Assembly (NCBI GenBank): GCA_026991535.1
Contig: JALXBH010000166.1
Coordinates: 1 to 56,618, forward strand
DNA length: 56,618 nucleotides
Reading direction: 5' to 3'
Source: Calditrichia bacterium
GTDB lineage: Bacteria; Calditrichota; Calditrichia; Calditrichales; J004
Below the pieces are notes generated by a model, which saw only the letters and a list, made by a program, of their open reading frames with translations, had not been told where the DNA came from and ran no database searches. Each line of letters opens with the position of its first letter. The stretch's first letter is position 1. Shown here piece after piece: positions 16,668 through 26,026 of the stretch. The position numbers were made by a program, and so were the translations under genes.

Positions 16668-19600
16668 TTAATATGGGGAACCATCATGATCCGCGACAGG
16701 AGCGCCCTTGTCCAGCAGGCCTTCCAACTCCCGGCGTGTAAGTTCCATACGCTCCAGATGTTCGGCTATGAGATTAGCCTCCCCGGGCAGGCGTGACTGT
16801 ACCCGGCCTTCGATGATATAGGGCCCGTGCCCGCGCAGCAGCGCTCCGTAACGCTGGTAAACCGCCGGAAACAGCACCACCTCAAACAGGCCGTGGCGGT
16901 CTTCCAGTGTCAGGAACTTCATCTGTTGTTTGCCGCCCGTGGTCACCCGTCGGGAGGCGACCAGCCAGCCGGCGAGCCGTACCCTTTGGTTTGGGCGCTC
17001 TTCCAGGGTATGGGAGGGGGTAAAACGGGAAAAGTCTATGTGTTGCTCAAACAGAGCCAGCGGGTGGTCGCTGACGGCAAAGCCCAGCAGTTCCAGTTCG
17101 TTCAGGATGCGCTGATAGCGGTTAAAGGGGGGCAGGGCCGTATGGCCGGCGACAAACAGGGCCAGTTCCGCCTTGTGCCGGTTTTTAAAAAAGAGTTTTT
17201 TGAGCAGCAGCAGTTGCGGGGCGCTGGGATGCAGTCCGTTCAATGCGCCACACTTAATCAGGTGTTCCAGCTCTTTTTCCCCGGCGCGGCTGCGGCGGAT
17301 AAAGTCGAACATATCCTTAAACGGCGCGGCGGCGCGTTCGCGCATGATGCTCCCGAGGGTGCGCTCCGTCAGTTCGGCCACGGCGGACAGCCCGCAACGG
17401 ATGGCCTGCCCCTCCCGGCGGAATTCCCGTTCCGAAAGCCGGATATCGGGGGGTAAAATGGGGATGTTCATGCGCCGCGTCTCCTCGATATAGGCGGCGC
17501 GGGAATAAAACCCGCCCTGGTTGTTCAGCACGGCACACATATATTCCACCGGAAAATAATACTTTAAAAAGGCCGTCTGATAGGCGATGGTGCCGTAGGT
17601 GGCCGAGTGGGCCTTGTTAAAGCCGTATCCGGTAAATTGTGCCAGCCAGCCCCAAAGCCGCTCGGCGTCTTCTTCGGGCAGCCCCCGGCTTACGGCGCCC
17701 CGCACAAAGGCCCGGTGCAGCGTTAGGAACTCTTTTTTTGTGCGCGACTTACTCATGGCCCGGCGCAGGGTATCGCCCTGGGCCAGGGACAGTCCGGCCA
17801 CCTGATGGGCGATTTTAAGCACCTGTTCCTGATAGATGATGATGCCGAGGGTATCCCGTAGCGGCTCCTCCAGCGCGGGATGCATATAGGTGGTTGCCTC
17901 CAGCCCGGCCCGTCGCCTGATGTAACTTTCCTTCATGCCGCTGCCATTGCCCGAGGCGCCGGGACGGATAAGGGCCACGGCCACGATGACGTCGTCCACG
18001 TGTTCCACGGTCATCTTTTTCAGCAGGCCGCGCATGGCCGGGCTCTCCAACTGAAAACAGCCCATGGTATGGCCGCCGCGGATAAAGGCGGTTACCCTCG
18101 GGTCGTTTTCGGGGATGGCGCGTAAATCCAGAGGGGAAAGGGTCGCTCCGTTTTTATAGAGAAAGCCGGGCGCCTTTCCTCCGGAAAAGGAGCGCTGCCT
18201 GTGCCTGGCGGCGTCGCGGCTCACATCGCGGATGCAGTCGGTAATGATGCTGAGCGAGCGCACCCCCAGCAAATCCATCTTAACCAGCCCCAGCGGTTCG
18301 ATGCTGTACATATCGTACTGGGTCACCACCAGTCCCTTGCCGGCTTCCTCCAGCGGGACATGGCGGCGCAGTTCCCCCGGGGCAATGATAAGGCCGCCGG
18401 GATGAATGGAAAGATGGCGGGGAAAACCGGCCAGCCGTTCAGCCATGGCCATGATCTCCTCATACAGGGGCAGGTTATGGCGCAGGGCACGCAGTTCGGG
18501 CAGGCTGTTTACGGTTTCCTCGATTTGGGCCGGGGAGCGGTGGGGCAGATGTTGGGTGATCTTGCCGATTTCATCCTCGGGCAAACCATAGGTTTTGGCC
18601 ACGTCGCGTAGGGCCGAGCGGCTTTGAAAGGTGTTAAAGGTGCAGATCATGGCCGTATGGTCGCGGCCAAAGCGTTCGTACACATAGTCGATCACCCGGT
18701 CGCGGTTTTTCCAGCATATATCAAGGTCTATATCGGGCGGATTGCGCCGTTCGGGGTTGAGGAAGCGTTCGAAATAGAGGTTGTGGCGGATGGGGTCCGC
18801 CTGGGTAATGTGCAGGCAATAGGCCACCAGGCTGTCGGCTGCCGAGCCGCGCCCCACGCAGGGGATATGTTCCCGGTGACAAAAATCGACAATCTCTTTA
18901 ACGATGAGAAAATATTCGCTGAACCCCATGGCCTGGATCATATCCAGCTCATAGCTCAGGCGTTGGGTTACGGCCCGGGTGAGGGGGTGGTAACGTTCCG
19001 TGGCGCCGGCAAAGCTCTTTTTCCACAGGCAGGAAAAACTGCTTTCCCCGTCCGGCAATTCCACCGAGGGAAAAATGGCCTGTCCCAGTTTAAAATGGAA
19101 ATTACAGCTTTCGACGACCTGCTGTGTGTTTTCCAACGCCCGGGGGAACGGTTGCAGCGCCTGACGCATTTGCCGGCCGGATTTAAAATATTGCTCGGCG
19201 TGAGCGGCGTCGCTAACCTTTTCGCGGGTGCTGTTATGCCGGATGGCCCGCAGGGTGCGGTGCAGGGCGGCGTCACGCATGGAAATAAAGCAGACGTCGT
19301 TACCGGCCACCGGGGAGACCGCATTCTCCAGCCCCAGATCGCGCAGGCGCAGGTTGATTAATGTGTCGGTGGCTTCACACTGCTGGAGCTCCAGGTAAAA
19401 ATGGGGGCCAAAGAGGGTACGCATGCGCCGGACATAATGCGCGGCCTTGTCTGTTTGCCGGTTTTTCAACATGCGCCACACGGCGCCCCGCCTGCCTCCG
19501 GAGAGCACGGCCAGCCCTTCCTTGCGGGCGGCGACGTCGCCGATATCGAGGGAAAAGCGCCGGTGCCCGCCGCGCAGATGGCCCCGGCTGAGGATGTGGC

Positions 19601-19865
19601 ACAGATTGGCGTAACCCTCGTCGTTGCGCGCCAGCAGTACTAACAGGCTGCCATCCCGCAAACACACTTCCGCGCCGATGAGGGGTTTTATATCATAGTC
19701 CCGCGCCCGGCGGTAAAACTCCACCGCCCCGTAAAGGGCATTGCTGTCGGTCAGCGCCAGGGCCTTCATCCGGTGCCGCGCCGCCGCCTGTAGCAGCTCT
19801 TCCGGCGAGGCGGTACCGCTGAGCAGGCTGTAATAGCTGTGGGTGTGTAAATGGCTGAACATCAT
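16668..19865 (-). CDS. dnaE: DNA polymerase III alpha subunit family; DnaE2-like (error-prone) by size and context, subtype unproven
   Basis: PHP motif FSHLHTHSYYSLLSG. Polymerase core (PDIDLDI, FNKAHSATY). OB fold near the C-terminus (VRLAGWLVASRRVTTGGKQQMKFLTLEDRHG) with only about 55 aa after it. 1065 aa, short for a replicative DnaE. Confidence 0.85.
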   Translation of the reverse strand: MMFSHLHTHSYYSLLSGTASPEELLQAAARHRMKALALTDSNALYGAVEFYRRARDYDIKPLIGAEVCLRDGSLLVLLARNDEGYANLCHILSRGHLRGGHRRFSLDIGDVAARKEGLAVLSGGRRGAVWRMLKNRQTDKAAHYVRRMRTLFGPHFYLELQQCEATDTLINLRLRDLGLENAVSPVAGNDVCFISMRDAALHRTLRAIRHNSTREKVSDAAHAEQYFKSGRQMRQALQPFPRALENTQQVVESCNFHFKLGQAIFPSVELPDGESSFSCLWKKSFAGATERYHPLTRAVTQRLSYELDMIQAMGFSEYFLIVKEIVDFCHREHIPCVGRGSAADSLVAYCLHITQADPIRHNLYFERFLNPERRNPPDIDLDICWKNRDRVIDYVYERFGRDHTAMICTFNTFQSRSALRDVAKTYGLPEDEIGKITQHLPHRSPAQIEETVNSLPELRALRHNLPLYEEIMAMAERLAGFPRHLSIHPGGLIIAPGELRRHVPLEEAGKGLVVTQYDMYSIEPLGLVKMDLLGVRSLSIITDCIRDVSRDAARHRQRSFSGGKAPGFLYKNGATLSPLDLRAIPENDPRVTAFIRGGHTMGCFQLESPAMRGLLKKMTVEHVDDVIVAVALIRPGASGNGSGMKESYIRRRAGLEATTYMHPALEEPLRDTLGIIIYQEQVLKIAHQVAGLSLAQGDTLRRAMSKSRTKKEFLTLHRAFVRGAVSRGLPEEDAERLWGWLAQFTGYGFNKAHSATYGTIAYQTAFLKYYFPVEYMCAVLNNQGGFYSRAAYIEETRRMNIPILPPDIRLSEREFRREGQAIRCGLSAVAELTERTLGSIMRERAAAPFKDMFDFIRRSRAGEKELEHLIKCGALNGLHPSAPQLLLLKKLFFKNRHKAELALFVAGHTALPPFNRYQRILNELELLGFAVSDHPLALFEQHIDFSRFTPSHTLEERPNQRVRLAGWLVASRRVTTGGKQQMKFLTLEDRHGLFEVVLFPAVYQRYGALLRGHGPYIIEGRVQSRLPGEANLIAEHLERMELTRRELEGLLDKGAPVADHDGSPY

Positions 19866-19886
19866 CTTTCTTTATTATTAAAAAGG

Positions 19887-19900
19887 TGTACAAATGTACA
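19887..19900. promoter_or_regulatory. Perfect palindrome TGTAC-AAAT-GTACA, candidate LexA/SOS-type operator of the polymerase gene
   Basis: 5-bp arms with a 4-nt spacer, 21 nt upstream of the ATG at 19865. Same architecture as GAAC-N4-GTTC-type LexA boxes. Confidence 0.45.
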
Positions 19901-20022
19901 TTTAAAATATGTAAAAAGAAACAGCCCGGAAAAAATGAAGGGCCGCGCGGCCGCGGATGAAAAAAGTTTTTCTTATAGTGTGGAATGCTTATCTTTTTTA
20001 AAGTTAAACAGGGATAGCACCC

Positions 20023-22440
20023 ATGAAGCGTTTGCTCCTTATTTTGTTTCTGATCGCGGTCACGTTTCCACCGGCCCAGACGCCCAACGCCATTCCCAGC
20101 CGCCCCAGGATAGGCCTGGCCCTTTCCGGGGGCGGCGCGCGCGGTTTTGCCCATATCGGCGTCCTTAAAGCAATAGACTCGCTGGGATTGCCGGTCGATT
20201 ATATTGCCGGCACCTCCATGGGCGGGCTGATCGGCGCGCTCTATGCCATTGGTTACAGTGGAGCGGAACTGGAACGCATCGCCCTGGAAACCAACTGGAA
20301 TCAGCTCTTCTCGGATCAGCTTCCGCGTAATATTTTACCCTATCCCGAAAAAAAGGAAACCGACAAGTACCAACTGGTGCTGGGTTTAAAAAACCGGGAA
20401 ATCCAGTTACCCAGTGGTTTGATCCGCGGGCAGAAAATCACCCAGATGCTTTCCCGGCTGACCTATGCCTTTCAGAATGTAAAGGACTTTGCGCGGTTGC
20501 CCATTCCCTTCCGTTGCGTGGCCATCGATCTGATTTCATCGCGAAAGGTTGTGCTGAGCAAGGGCTCGCTGTCCAGGGCCATGCGTGCCACCATGAGTCT
20601 GCCGACCATCTTTTATCCCGTAAGCTGGGGGGATTCGCTGCTGATAGACGGGGGGATGATGGATAACCTGCCCGTGGATGTGGTGCGGGATATGGGCGCC
20701 AATATCGTTATTGCCGTTAATGTGGGCGAGCCGCAAAAGAGCAAGGAAGAACTCAATAACATTATCGATATTGTGGGACAGATATTTTCCCTGGCCAATA
20801 CCGAAGCACAGGAATGGGCCCTGGCCAACGCCGATCTGGTTTTGACGCCCCCCCTGGGAAGCATGACCGGCGCGGATTTTGACAAGGCTGACATCCGCCG
20901 CTCCATACGACGCGGCCATCGTGTCGCCGTCGATTCCCTGGCCGCCCTTTTGGAAATCCGTCATATCACCGATCCGACCCATATCCACAGCGCGGACAGA
21001 GCCGTTGTGGACTCCACCCGGCTGTATGGCGTTCAGATTGCCGGAAACACCACCCTGCCTTTTAGTCTGATCGACTCCCTGCTTGACCTGCGGCCGGGAA
21101 TGCTCTTTAACGCGGACACGTTGAAGGCGCATATTTACGCCTTACGCCGTAGCGGTTTGTTTAAAACCGTAAAAGGCAGCGTTCAGGCTGTGGACAGTTT
21201 GCGCTATAAAGCGCTTATCACCGTTACGGAAACGCAAAAACCGCATATTGCCCGCGTCACCATCAGTGGTCAAAAGATATTGTCATTCCGCTTTATTTAT
21301 AACCTGCTCGGCATACAGCCCGGGACGGTATTCGACCCCGAGCTCATCGACCGGCGCATTACCCAGCTATACAGCCTGGGCTATTTTGAAACCATATATT
21401 ACGACATAAAGCCCCTGTCCGAAAACCGCATAACCATACATTTCCATGTGTCCGAAAAACCGCGCCGGGAATTGCGCGTGGGCATAAAGTATGACGACCT
21501 GTACAACCTGACCATGGCCATCGGCGTTCAGGGCACCAATGTACTTATACCCGGACTGAGGATGGAAAATGAATTGCTGCTTCCGGAATATCTGGCGGCG
21601 CGCTTTAAGGTTTTTTATCCGTCGCGTTCCCTTACTTTTCCCATCTATCCTTTTGTACATCTCGGCTACAGGGACATCCCCATCGATATTTATGATAGCC
21701 GGGCCCATCTGGTGGCGCGTTATCCGTATCGATCCGCCGATTGGGCCGTGGGTATCGGTGTGCAGGCCGGTTCCTTTATCAATGCCGAACTGGAGCTTAA
21801 TTTTGAATATATGGATATCGAACCGGAGGTGGCCATTCCCGATCCCGTTTTATTTCCTTCCTGGAAAAACCGACTGCGTACCTTACGTTTCAGTAATATC
21901 ATCGATCAGCGCGATAATACCCTTATTCCCAGGCGGGGTTATATGCTTTCCGCCAAATACGAGGGCAGTTTTGTACAGCTTTTATCATCCGACCGTTATT
22001 ATAAATTTAACATTATTTTCGAGAACTATCTGCCCCTTACCGCAAGGCATACTGTCCGTTTTTACGGTTTTTACGGCCAGGCGTCACAGGATATACCCGT
22101 CTATAAAAACTTTTACCTGGGCGGTCCTAAAAATTTTGTCGGTCTGGAATACTTTCAGCTTACCGGCCAAAAGATAGGCATTGTGCGCCTGGACTGGCGC
22201 TACCGCTTTAGCGACCGGTGGTACGGCACGCTGATTGCCAACAGCGCCTATGACGAACGCAGGCAAAACGAACGTATTGTGGGGGGCACTTTTCGCTGGA
22301 TGCATGCCCTGGGGGCCGCCCTGACCCTGGATACGCCCTTTGGTCCCTTTGAAGTGACCTATGCTTATAATTTCAACTCTTTTTATGCCAATAAAAATAA
22401 CGAAAGTTATCTCTACTTTCGGGCGGGTTATAATTTTTAA
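20023..22440 (+). CDS. Patatin-like phospholipase fused to POTRA/Omp85 beta-barrel (PlpD/RssA-like, type Vd secretion architecture)
   Basis: Signal peptide. GLALSGGGARG oxyanion motif, GTSMGG nucleophile, IDGGMMDN Asp motif. C-terminal barrel ending YLYFRAGYNF. Confidence 0.85.
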   Translation: MKRLLLILFLIAVTFPPAQTPNAIPSRPRIGLALSGGGARGFAHIGVLKAIDSLGLPVDYIAGTSMGGLIGALYAIGYSGAELERIALETNWNQLFSDQLPRNILPYPEKKETDKYQLVLGLKNREIQLPSGLIRGQKITQMLSRLTYAFQNVKDFARLPIPFRCVAIDLISSRKVVLSKGSLSRAMRATMSLPTIFYPVSWGDSLLIDGGMMDNLPVDVVRDMGANIVIAVNVGEPQKSKEELNNIIDIVGQIFSLANTEAQEWALANADLVLTPPLGSMTGADFDKADIRRSIRRGHRVAVDSLAALLEIRHITDPTHIHSADRAVVDSTRLYGVQIAGNTTLPFSLIDSLLDLRPGMLFNADTLKAHIYALRRSGLFKTVKGSVQAVDSLRYKALITVTETQKPHIARVTISGQKILSFRFIYNLLGIQPGTVFDPELIDRRITQLYSLGYFETIYYDIKPLSENRITIHFHVSEKPRRELRVGIKYDDLYNLTMAIGVQGTNVLIPGLRMENELLLPEYLAARFKVFYPSRSLTFPIYPFVHLGYRDIPIDIYDSRAHLVARYPYRSADWAVGIGVQAGSFINAELELNFEYMDIEPEVAIPDPVLFPSWKNRLRTLRFSNIIDQRDNTLIPRRGYMLSAKYEGSFVQLLSSDRYYKFNIIFENYLPLTARHTVRFYGFYGQASQDIPVYKNFYLGGPKNFVGLEYFQLTGQKIGIVRLDWRYRFSDRWYGTLIANSAYDERRQNERIVGGTFRWMHALGAALTLDTPFGPFEVTYAYNFNSFYANKNNESYLYFRAGYNF

Positions 22441-22453
22441 GGCGCGGCAGGCC

Positions 22454-22894
22454 TCACTGAGGGGAGGAGGTTTTAAAATCTTTTTCGGTAAAGGCGAATT
22501 CCGCCAGTTTCCGGTTCTTAAACACCTTGACCAGCGAGGCTTCCTGTTCCATAAAAAAACCGTGAATCTTACAGGGGGCGGGCAGGGGGCAAAAATCCTC
22601 TTCCAGCACACATTCGCTGATCATGCGACCCATGCCCATGGCTTTTAAGATGTCATAAAGGGTGATGTCCCGCGGGGAGAGCCGGAGACGGATACCGCCG
22701 TATTTTCCCTGTTCCGAGGCCAGCAGGCCGCCCAGACGCAGTTGGTAAACAATTTTTGTGGCAAAGGGCTTGCTTACCAGCAGGCGCTCTGCCAGTTCCC
22801 GCACGGGAATGGGTCTGGAGTCGCCATAATGACCGGCTAAAAATCCGCAAATACGGATGGCGTGATCATATTCTTTTTTCAGGGAGAATAACAT
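22454..22894 (-). CDS. Rrf2 family transcriptional regulator with three-Cys cluster motif
   Basis: N-terminal wHTH (YDHAIRICGFLAGH...IPVRELAERLLVSKPFATKIVYQL) and Cys triad CVLEEDFCPLPAPC. Start at MLFSLKK; the ORF is open to 22993. Confidence 0.85.
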   Translation of the reverse strand: MLFSLKKEYDHAIRICGFLAGHYGDSRPIPVRELAERLLVSKPFATKIVYQLRLGGLLASEQGKYGGIRLRLSPRDITLYDILKAMGMGRMISECVLEEDFCPLPAPCKIHGFFMEQEASLVKVFKNRKLAEFAFTEKDFKTSSPQ

Positions 22895-23052
22895 TGGCCT
22901 GCCTTTTTCTCTATTTAACCGAAACGGTATAATATAAGATGCACCGCTTTGAGACTCAAACCATAAAAGAGTCCTCCCGCCTGCTTGTTGCACTTTTTAC
23001 GGGAAATGGCTAATATGTTTAACCACGTTCCTAACATTATTACGGAGGTTTC

Positions 23053-24027
23053 ATGAAGAGGCTGTTTGTTTTTCTTGTTCTGTTTTCCCTGTCGGTTCAG
23101 GCCGGGGAATATGGCGTTTATCAATTTGTTCTTACCGGCGTCAAGGGCGATCTGCCCTCCATTACCCGGGGGATAACCGGGCAGGCTTCCTCAGCCGGCT
23201 TTAAGGTACTGGCCAGCTATGATTATGGCGTGCCGGAGGACTGCGGTTATAAGGGCCATCTCATTTTGTTGAATGACTCCAGTTACACAGAGCAGCTGAT
23301 AGCGGCCAACCCGCTTACAGCGCCCTTTGCCGCTACCGATCGCATCAACATATTTCAGGATGAGGCCGGTACCCATATTTCGGTGGTGAATCCGCATTCC
23401 ATCAACCGCACCATGCTGATGGATGATGAGAAATATGAGCAGCTGAGTGCAAGCCACCTGCAAAAATTACGCAAGCTGATAACGTCCTCGGTGGAAGGAA
23501 CCCCTTCCACCAAGGAATACGGGCAGATGCGCGAGGAGGGTTTTATCTCCAAAACCATGGGCGTTATGGCCGGTGGTGCTTTTTCCGAAAAGATCGAGGA
23601 TGTTTTTGTTTTTAAAAACGCTCAATGGCGGGATGTGGCCCAACAGGTGAGCGAGGCCCTGGCCCAGCCCGGCCCGGAATGGGGCATGTATGCCGCCTTC
23701 AGCCTGCCGATGGAGCGACACAGCATGAGCATCATCGGCGTTACCGGACGTAAGATGGAGGCCAAATCCTTCGATATCGTCGGCGCCGGCGATGACGAGG
23801 AGCGCGAGGACTATGACTGTCCGGGTATCGCGGACGCGGGCGCCTATCCCTTTAGCCTGGTGGTGGTTCAGGATGGCGCGGATGTGAAGGTAAGGATGGT
23901 AACGGCCATGTATCGCATGAAGATATTTTTTGAAGACGCCGGTAAGTGGGCCTTTATGAAAAACATGACCATGCCCGGCTCCCTGGCTGATGAAGTGAAG
24001 GAGATGATTGAGAAAAAGCTGAAATAA
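23053..24027 (+). CDS. Hypothetical secreted protein (weak resemblance to tandem DUF302-like domains)
   Basis: Signal peptide MKRLFVFLVLFSLSVQAGE. Segments GHLILLND...PFAATDRINIFQDEAGTHISVVNP and AGAYPFSLVVVQDGADVKVRMV recall DUF302, by eye only. Confidence 0.6.
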   Translation: MKRLFVFLVLFSLSVQAGEYGVYQFVLTGVKGDLPSITRGITGQASSAGFKVLASYDYGVPEDCGYKGHLILLNDSSYTEQLIAANPLTAPFAATDRINIFQDEAGTHISVVNPHSINRTMLMDDEKYEQLSASHLQKLRKLITSSVEGTPSTKEYGQMREEGFISKTMGVMAGGAFSEKIEDVFVFKNAQWRDVAQQVSEALAQPGPEWGMYAAFSLPMERHSMSIIGVTGRKMEAKSFDIVGAGDDEEREDYDCPGIADAGAYPFSLVVVQDGADVKVRMVTAMYRMKIFFEDAGKWAFMKNMTMPGSLADEVKEMIEKKLK

Positions 24028-24040
24028 GAAATTTCAGCCC

Positions 24041-24072
24041 AAAAAAAGCGAGCTTTCCGGCTCGCTTTTTTT
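24041..24072 (+). terminator. Rho-independent terminator
   Basis: Stem agcgagc / gctcgct (24047..24053 and 24060..24066), loop tttccg, T7 tail. An A-run upstream makes it bidirectional in form. Confidence 0.8.
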
Positions 24073-24182
24073 ATGGCCGATGTTTTGTTCCCGGAGGGGA
24101 AGCAGCGAAAACGGCTCTTTTTGCTTTGTTACGATCCCTTTTATATTTTTAGTTTTTATCCATTCAAAGCAGGGTTCCGGCC

Positions 24183-25916
24183 ATGGAAATCATCATTATG
24201 GTCAGCACGGTTTTTATCGGTTATATGATCATGTACCGTTTTTACGGCCGTTTTCTGGCGCGGAGGGTTTTTAAACTGGATGCCAGCCGTAAGACGCCGG
24301 CCGTGGAATTTAACGACGGTGTGGACTATGTCCCCACAGCCAGGGGGATAATCTTTGGCCATCATTTTACCTCCATTGCCGGAACGGGGCCGATCGTGGG
24401 CCCGGCTATAGCCATCATCTGGGGCTGGGTGCCCGCGCTGCTGTGGGTCTTTCTCGGTTCGGCCATCATGGGCGCCGTGCATGATTTCGGCTCGCTGGTC
24501 ATCTCCCTGCGCAATCAGGGCAAGTCCATTTCCGAGGCCACTGCGCTGTATATCAACACGCGTACCCGCGTTTTCTTCTTTATTCTGGTTTTTCTGGCCC
24601 TGTGGATTGTCATCGCCATCTTCGGTCTGGTGATCGCCGTCATCTTTGATATGTACCCCTCGGCGGTGTGGCCGGTGTGGCTGCAGATACCGGTTGCCAT
24701 ATTCCTTGGGCGTATGATTTATCACCGGGGAAAAAACATCACCCTGTGGACGCTGGCGGCCCTGGGGCTGCTCTATGCCCTGGTGGTGTTCGGGTATTAC
24801 TTCCCCTTTACCATGCCTGCCGTGGCCGGCATTCCACCAACGGGTGTGTGGACCATCCTGCTGCTCATCTATGCCTATATCGCCTCGGTGTTGCCGGTAA
24901 CCACCCTGTTGCAACCCCGGGATTTTATTAATGCCTACCAACTGATTACGGCCATGGCCCTGCTGGTGCTGGGCGTGCTGGCCTCGGTTATATGGGGTGG
25001 ATTGGAAGTGGTGGCGCCCGCCGTACAGACCGCCCCGGCGGAAGCGCCGCCCATGTGGCCTTTTCTTTTTATCACCATCGCCTGCGGGGCTATATCCGGT
25101 TTTCATTGTCTGGTCTGTTCGGGAACCACCGCCAAGCAGTTACGTAGTGAACCGGACGCTCTTTTTGTCGGCTACGGCTCCATGCTGGTGGAAGGGGGGC
25201 TGGCCACGCTGGTGATTATTGCCGTGGCCGCCGGGATCGGTTTGGGCTATACCACCGCCGACGGGCAGCATCTGACGGGTGTGGCCGCCTGGAACAGCCA
25301 CTATGCCTCCTGGGTGGCGGCCAAGGGGCTGGGCAGCAAGGTGGGGGCTTTTGTGGATGGCGCGGCCAACATGATGGCCATGACCGGATTGCCCCGCGGC
25401 ATTGCCGTGGCCCTGATGGGTTTGTTTGTCGCTTCCTTTGCCGGCACCACCCTGGATACGGCCACGCGTATTCAGCGCTATGTGGTCAGTGAGCTGGCCA
25501 CGGATTTAAAGTTCCCGGCTCTGCAAAACCGTTATTGGGCCACGGCGGTGGTTGTCGGTTCCGCCATGCTGTTGGCGTTTGCCTCGGGCGCGGATGGCAA
25601 GGGCGCCCTGGCCATGTGGCCTCTGTTCGGCGCGGTCAATCAAACCCTGGGCGCTCTGGCCCTGGTTATTGTCACCCTCTATATGAAGCGCACACGGAAA
25701 GGCTGGCTATGGCTTACCGGCGGATTGCCGGCCTTGTTTATGAGCGTGATGACCCTGTGGGCCGGTATCGACAATCAGATAAGTTTTGCCTCTTCCTCTC
25801 TTTTGCTGCAAAGCGTTAATATCTTTATCATCTTTGTTGTGGCCTGGATTATTATCGAATCCCTGCTGGCTTTTTTCGGTTTGGTTAAACACGGCGGACA
25901 AACGGCCGAATATTGA
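24183..25916 (+). CDS. cstA: Carbon starvation protein A (peptide/pyruvate transporter family)
   Basis: YRFYGRFLA...PAVEFNDGVDYVPT...IFGHHFTSIAGTGPIVGPAIA and many TM helices, typical CstA. Confidence 0.93.
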   Translation: MEIIIMVSTVFIGYMIMYRFYGRFLARRVFKLDASRKTPAVEFNDGVDYVPTARGIIFGHHFTSIAGTGPIVGPAIAIIWGWVPALLWVFLGSAIMGAVHDFGSLVISLRNQGKSISEATALYINTRTRVFFFILVFLALWIVIAIFGLVIAVIFDMYPSAVWPVWLQIPVAIFLGRMIYHRGKNITLWTLAALGLLYALVVFGYYFPFTMPAVAGIPPTGVWTILLLIYAYIASVLPVTTLLQPRDFINAYQLITAMALLVLGVLASVIWGGLEVVAPAVQTAPAEAPPMWPFLFITIACGAISGFHCLVCSGTTAKQLRSEPDALFVGYGSMLVEGGLATLVIIAVAAGIGLGYTTADGQHLTGVAAWNSHYASWVAAKGLGSKVGAFVDGAANMMAMTGLPRGIAVALMGLFVASFAGTTLDTATRIQRYVVSELATDLKFPALQNRYWATAVVVGSAMLLAFASGADGKGALAMWPLFGAVNQTLGALALVIVTLYMKRTRKGWLWLTGGLPALFMSVMTLWAGIDNQISFASSSLLLQSVNIFIIFVVAWIIIESLLAFFGLVKHGGQTAEY

Positions 25917-25979
25917 ATTTAAGGTAAAATAATATATTCTTTTGCAGAATGCCGGGCATGAGGCTATATTGACCTGTTA

Positions 25980-26017
25980 TGGAAGTTTTAGGCTTCCACT
26001 GTTTTTATTTTTTTTAG
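25980..26017 (+). terminator. Probable terminator of cstA
   Basis: tggaag / cttcca 6-bp stem with a 7-nt loop, then a long T-run (26002..26015). It sits just upstream of the desaturase SD AGGAG. Confidence 0.5.
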
Positions 26018-26026
26018 GAGAGTCGT

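Noticed and set aside
18624-19361. 245-aa ORF, and several shorter ones, antisense to the polymerase gene
   Set aside because: Antisense artefacts within a continuous 1065-aa Pol III alpha frame.
19941-19952. GGCCGCGCGGCC 12-bp palindrome in the dnaE/patatin divergent region
   Set aside because: It is a short, G+C-only palindrome in a G+C-rich genome with no second copy seen. It is mentioned under the divergent-region finding but not called as a site.
24156-25106. 316-aa ORF antisense to cstA
   Set aside because: The Gly/Arg/His/Pro-rich product has no domain, and cstA on the other strand is unambiguous.
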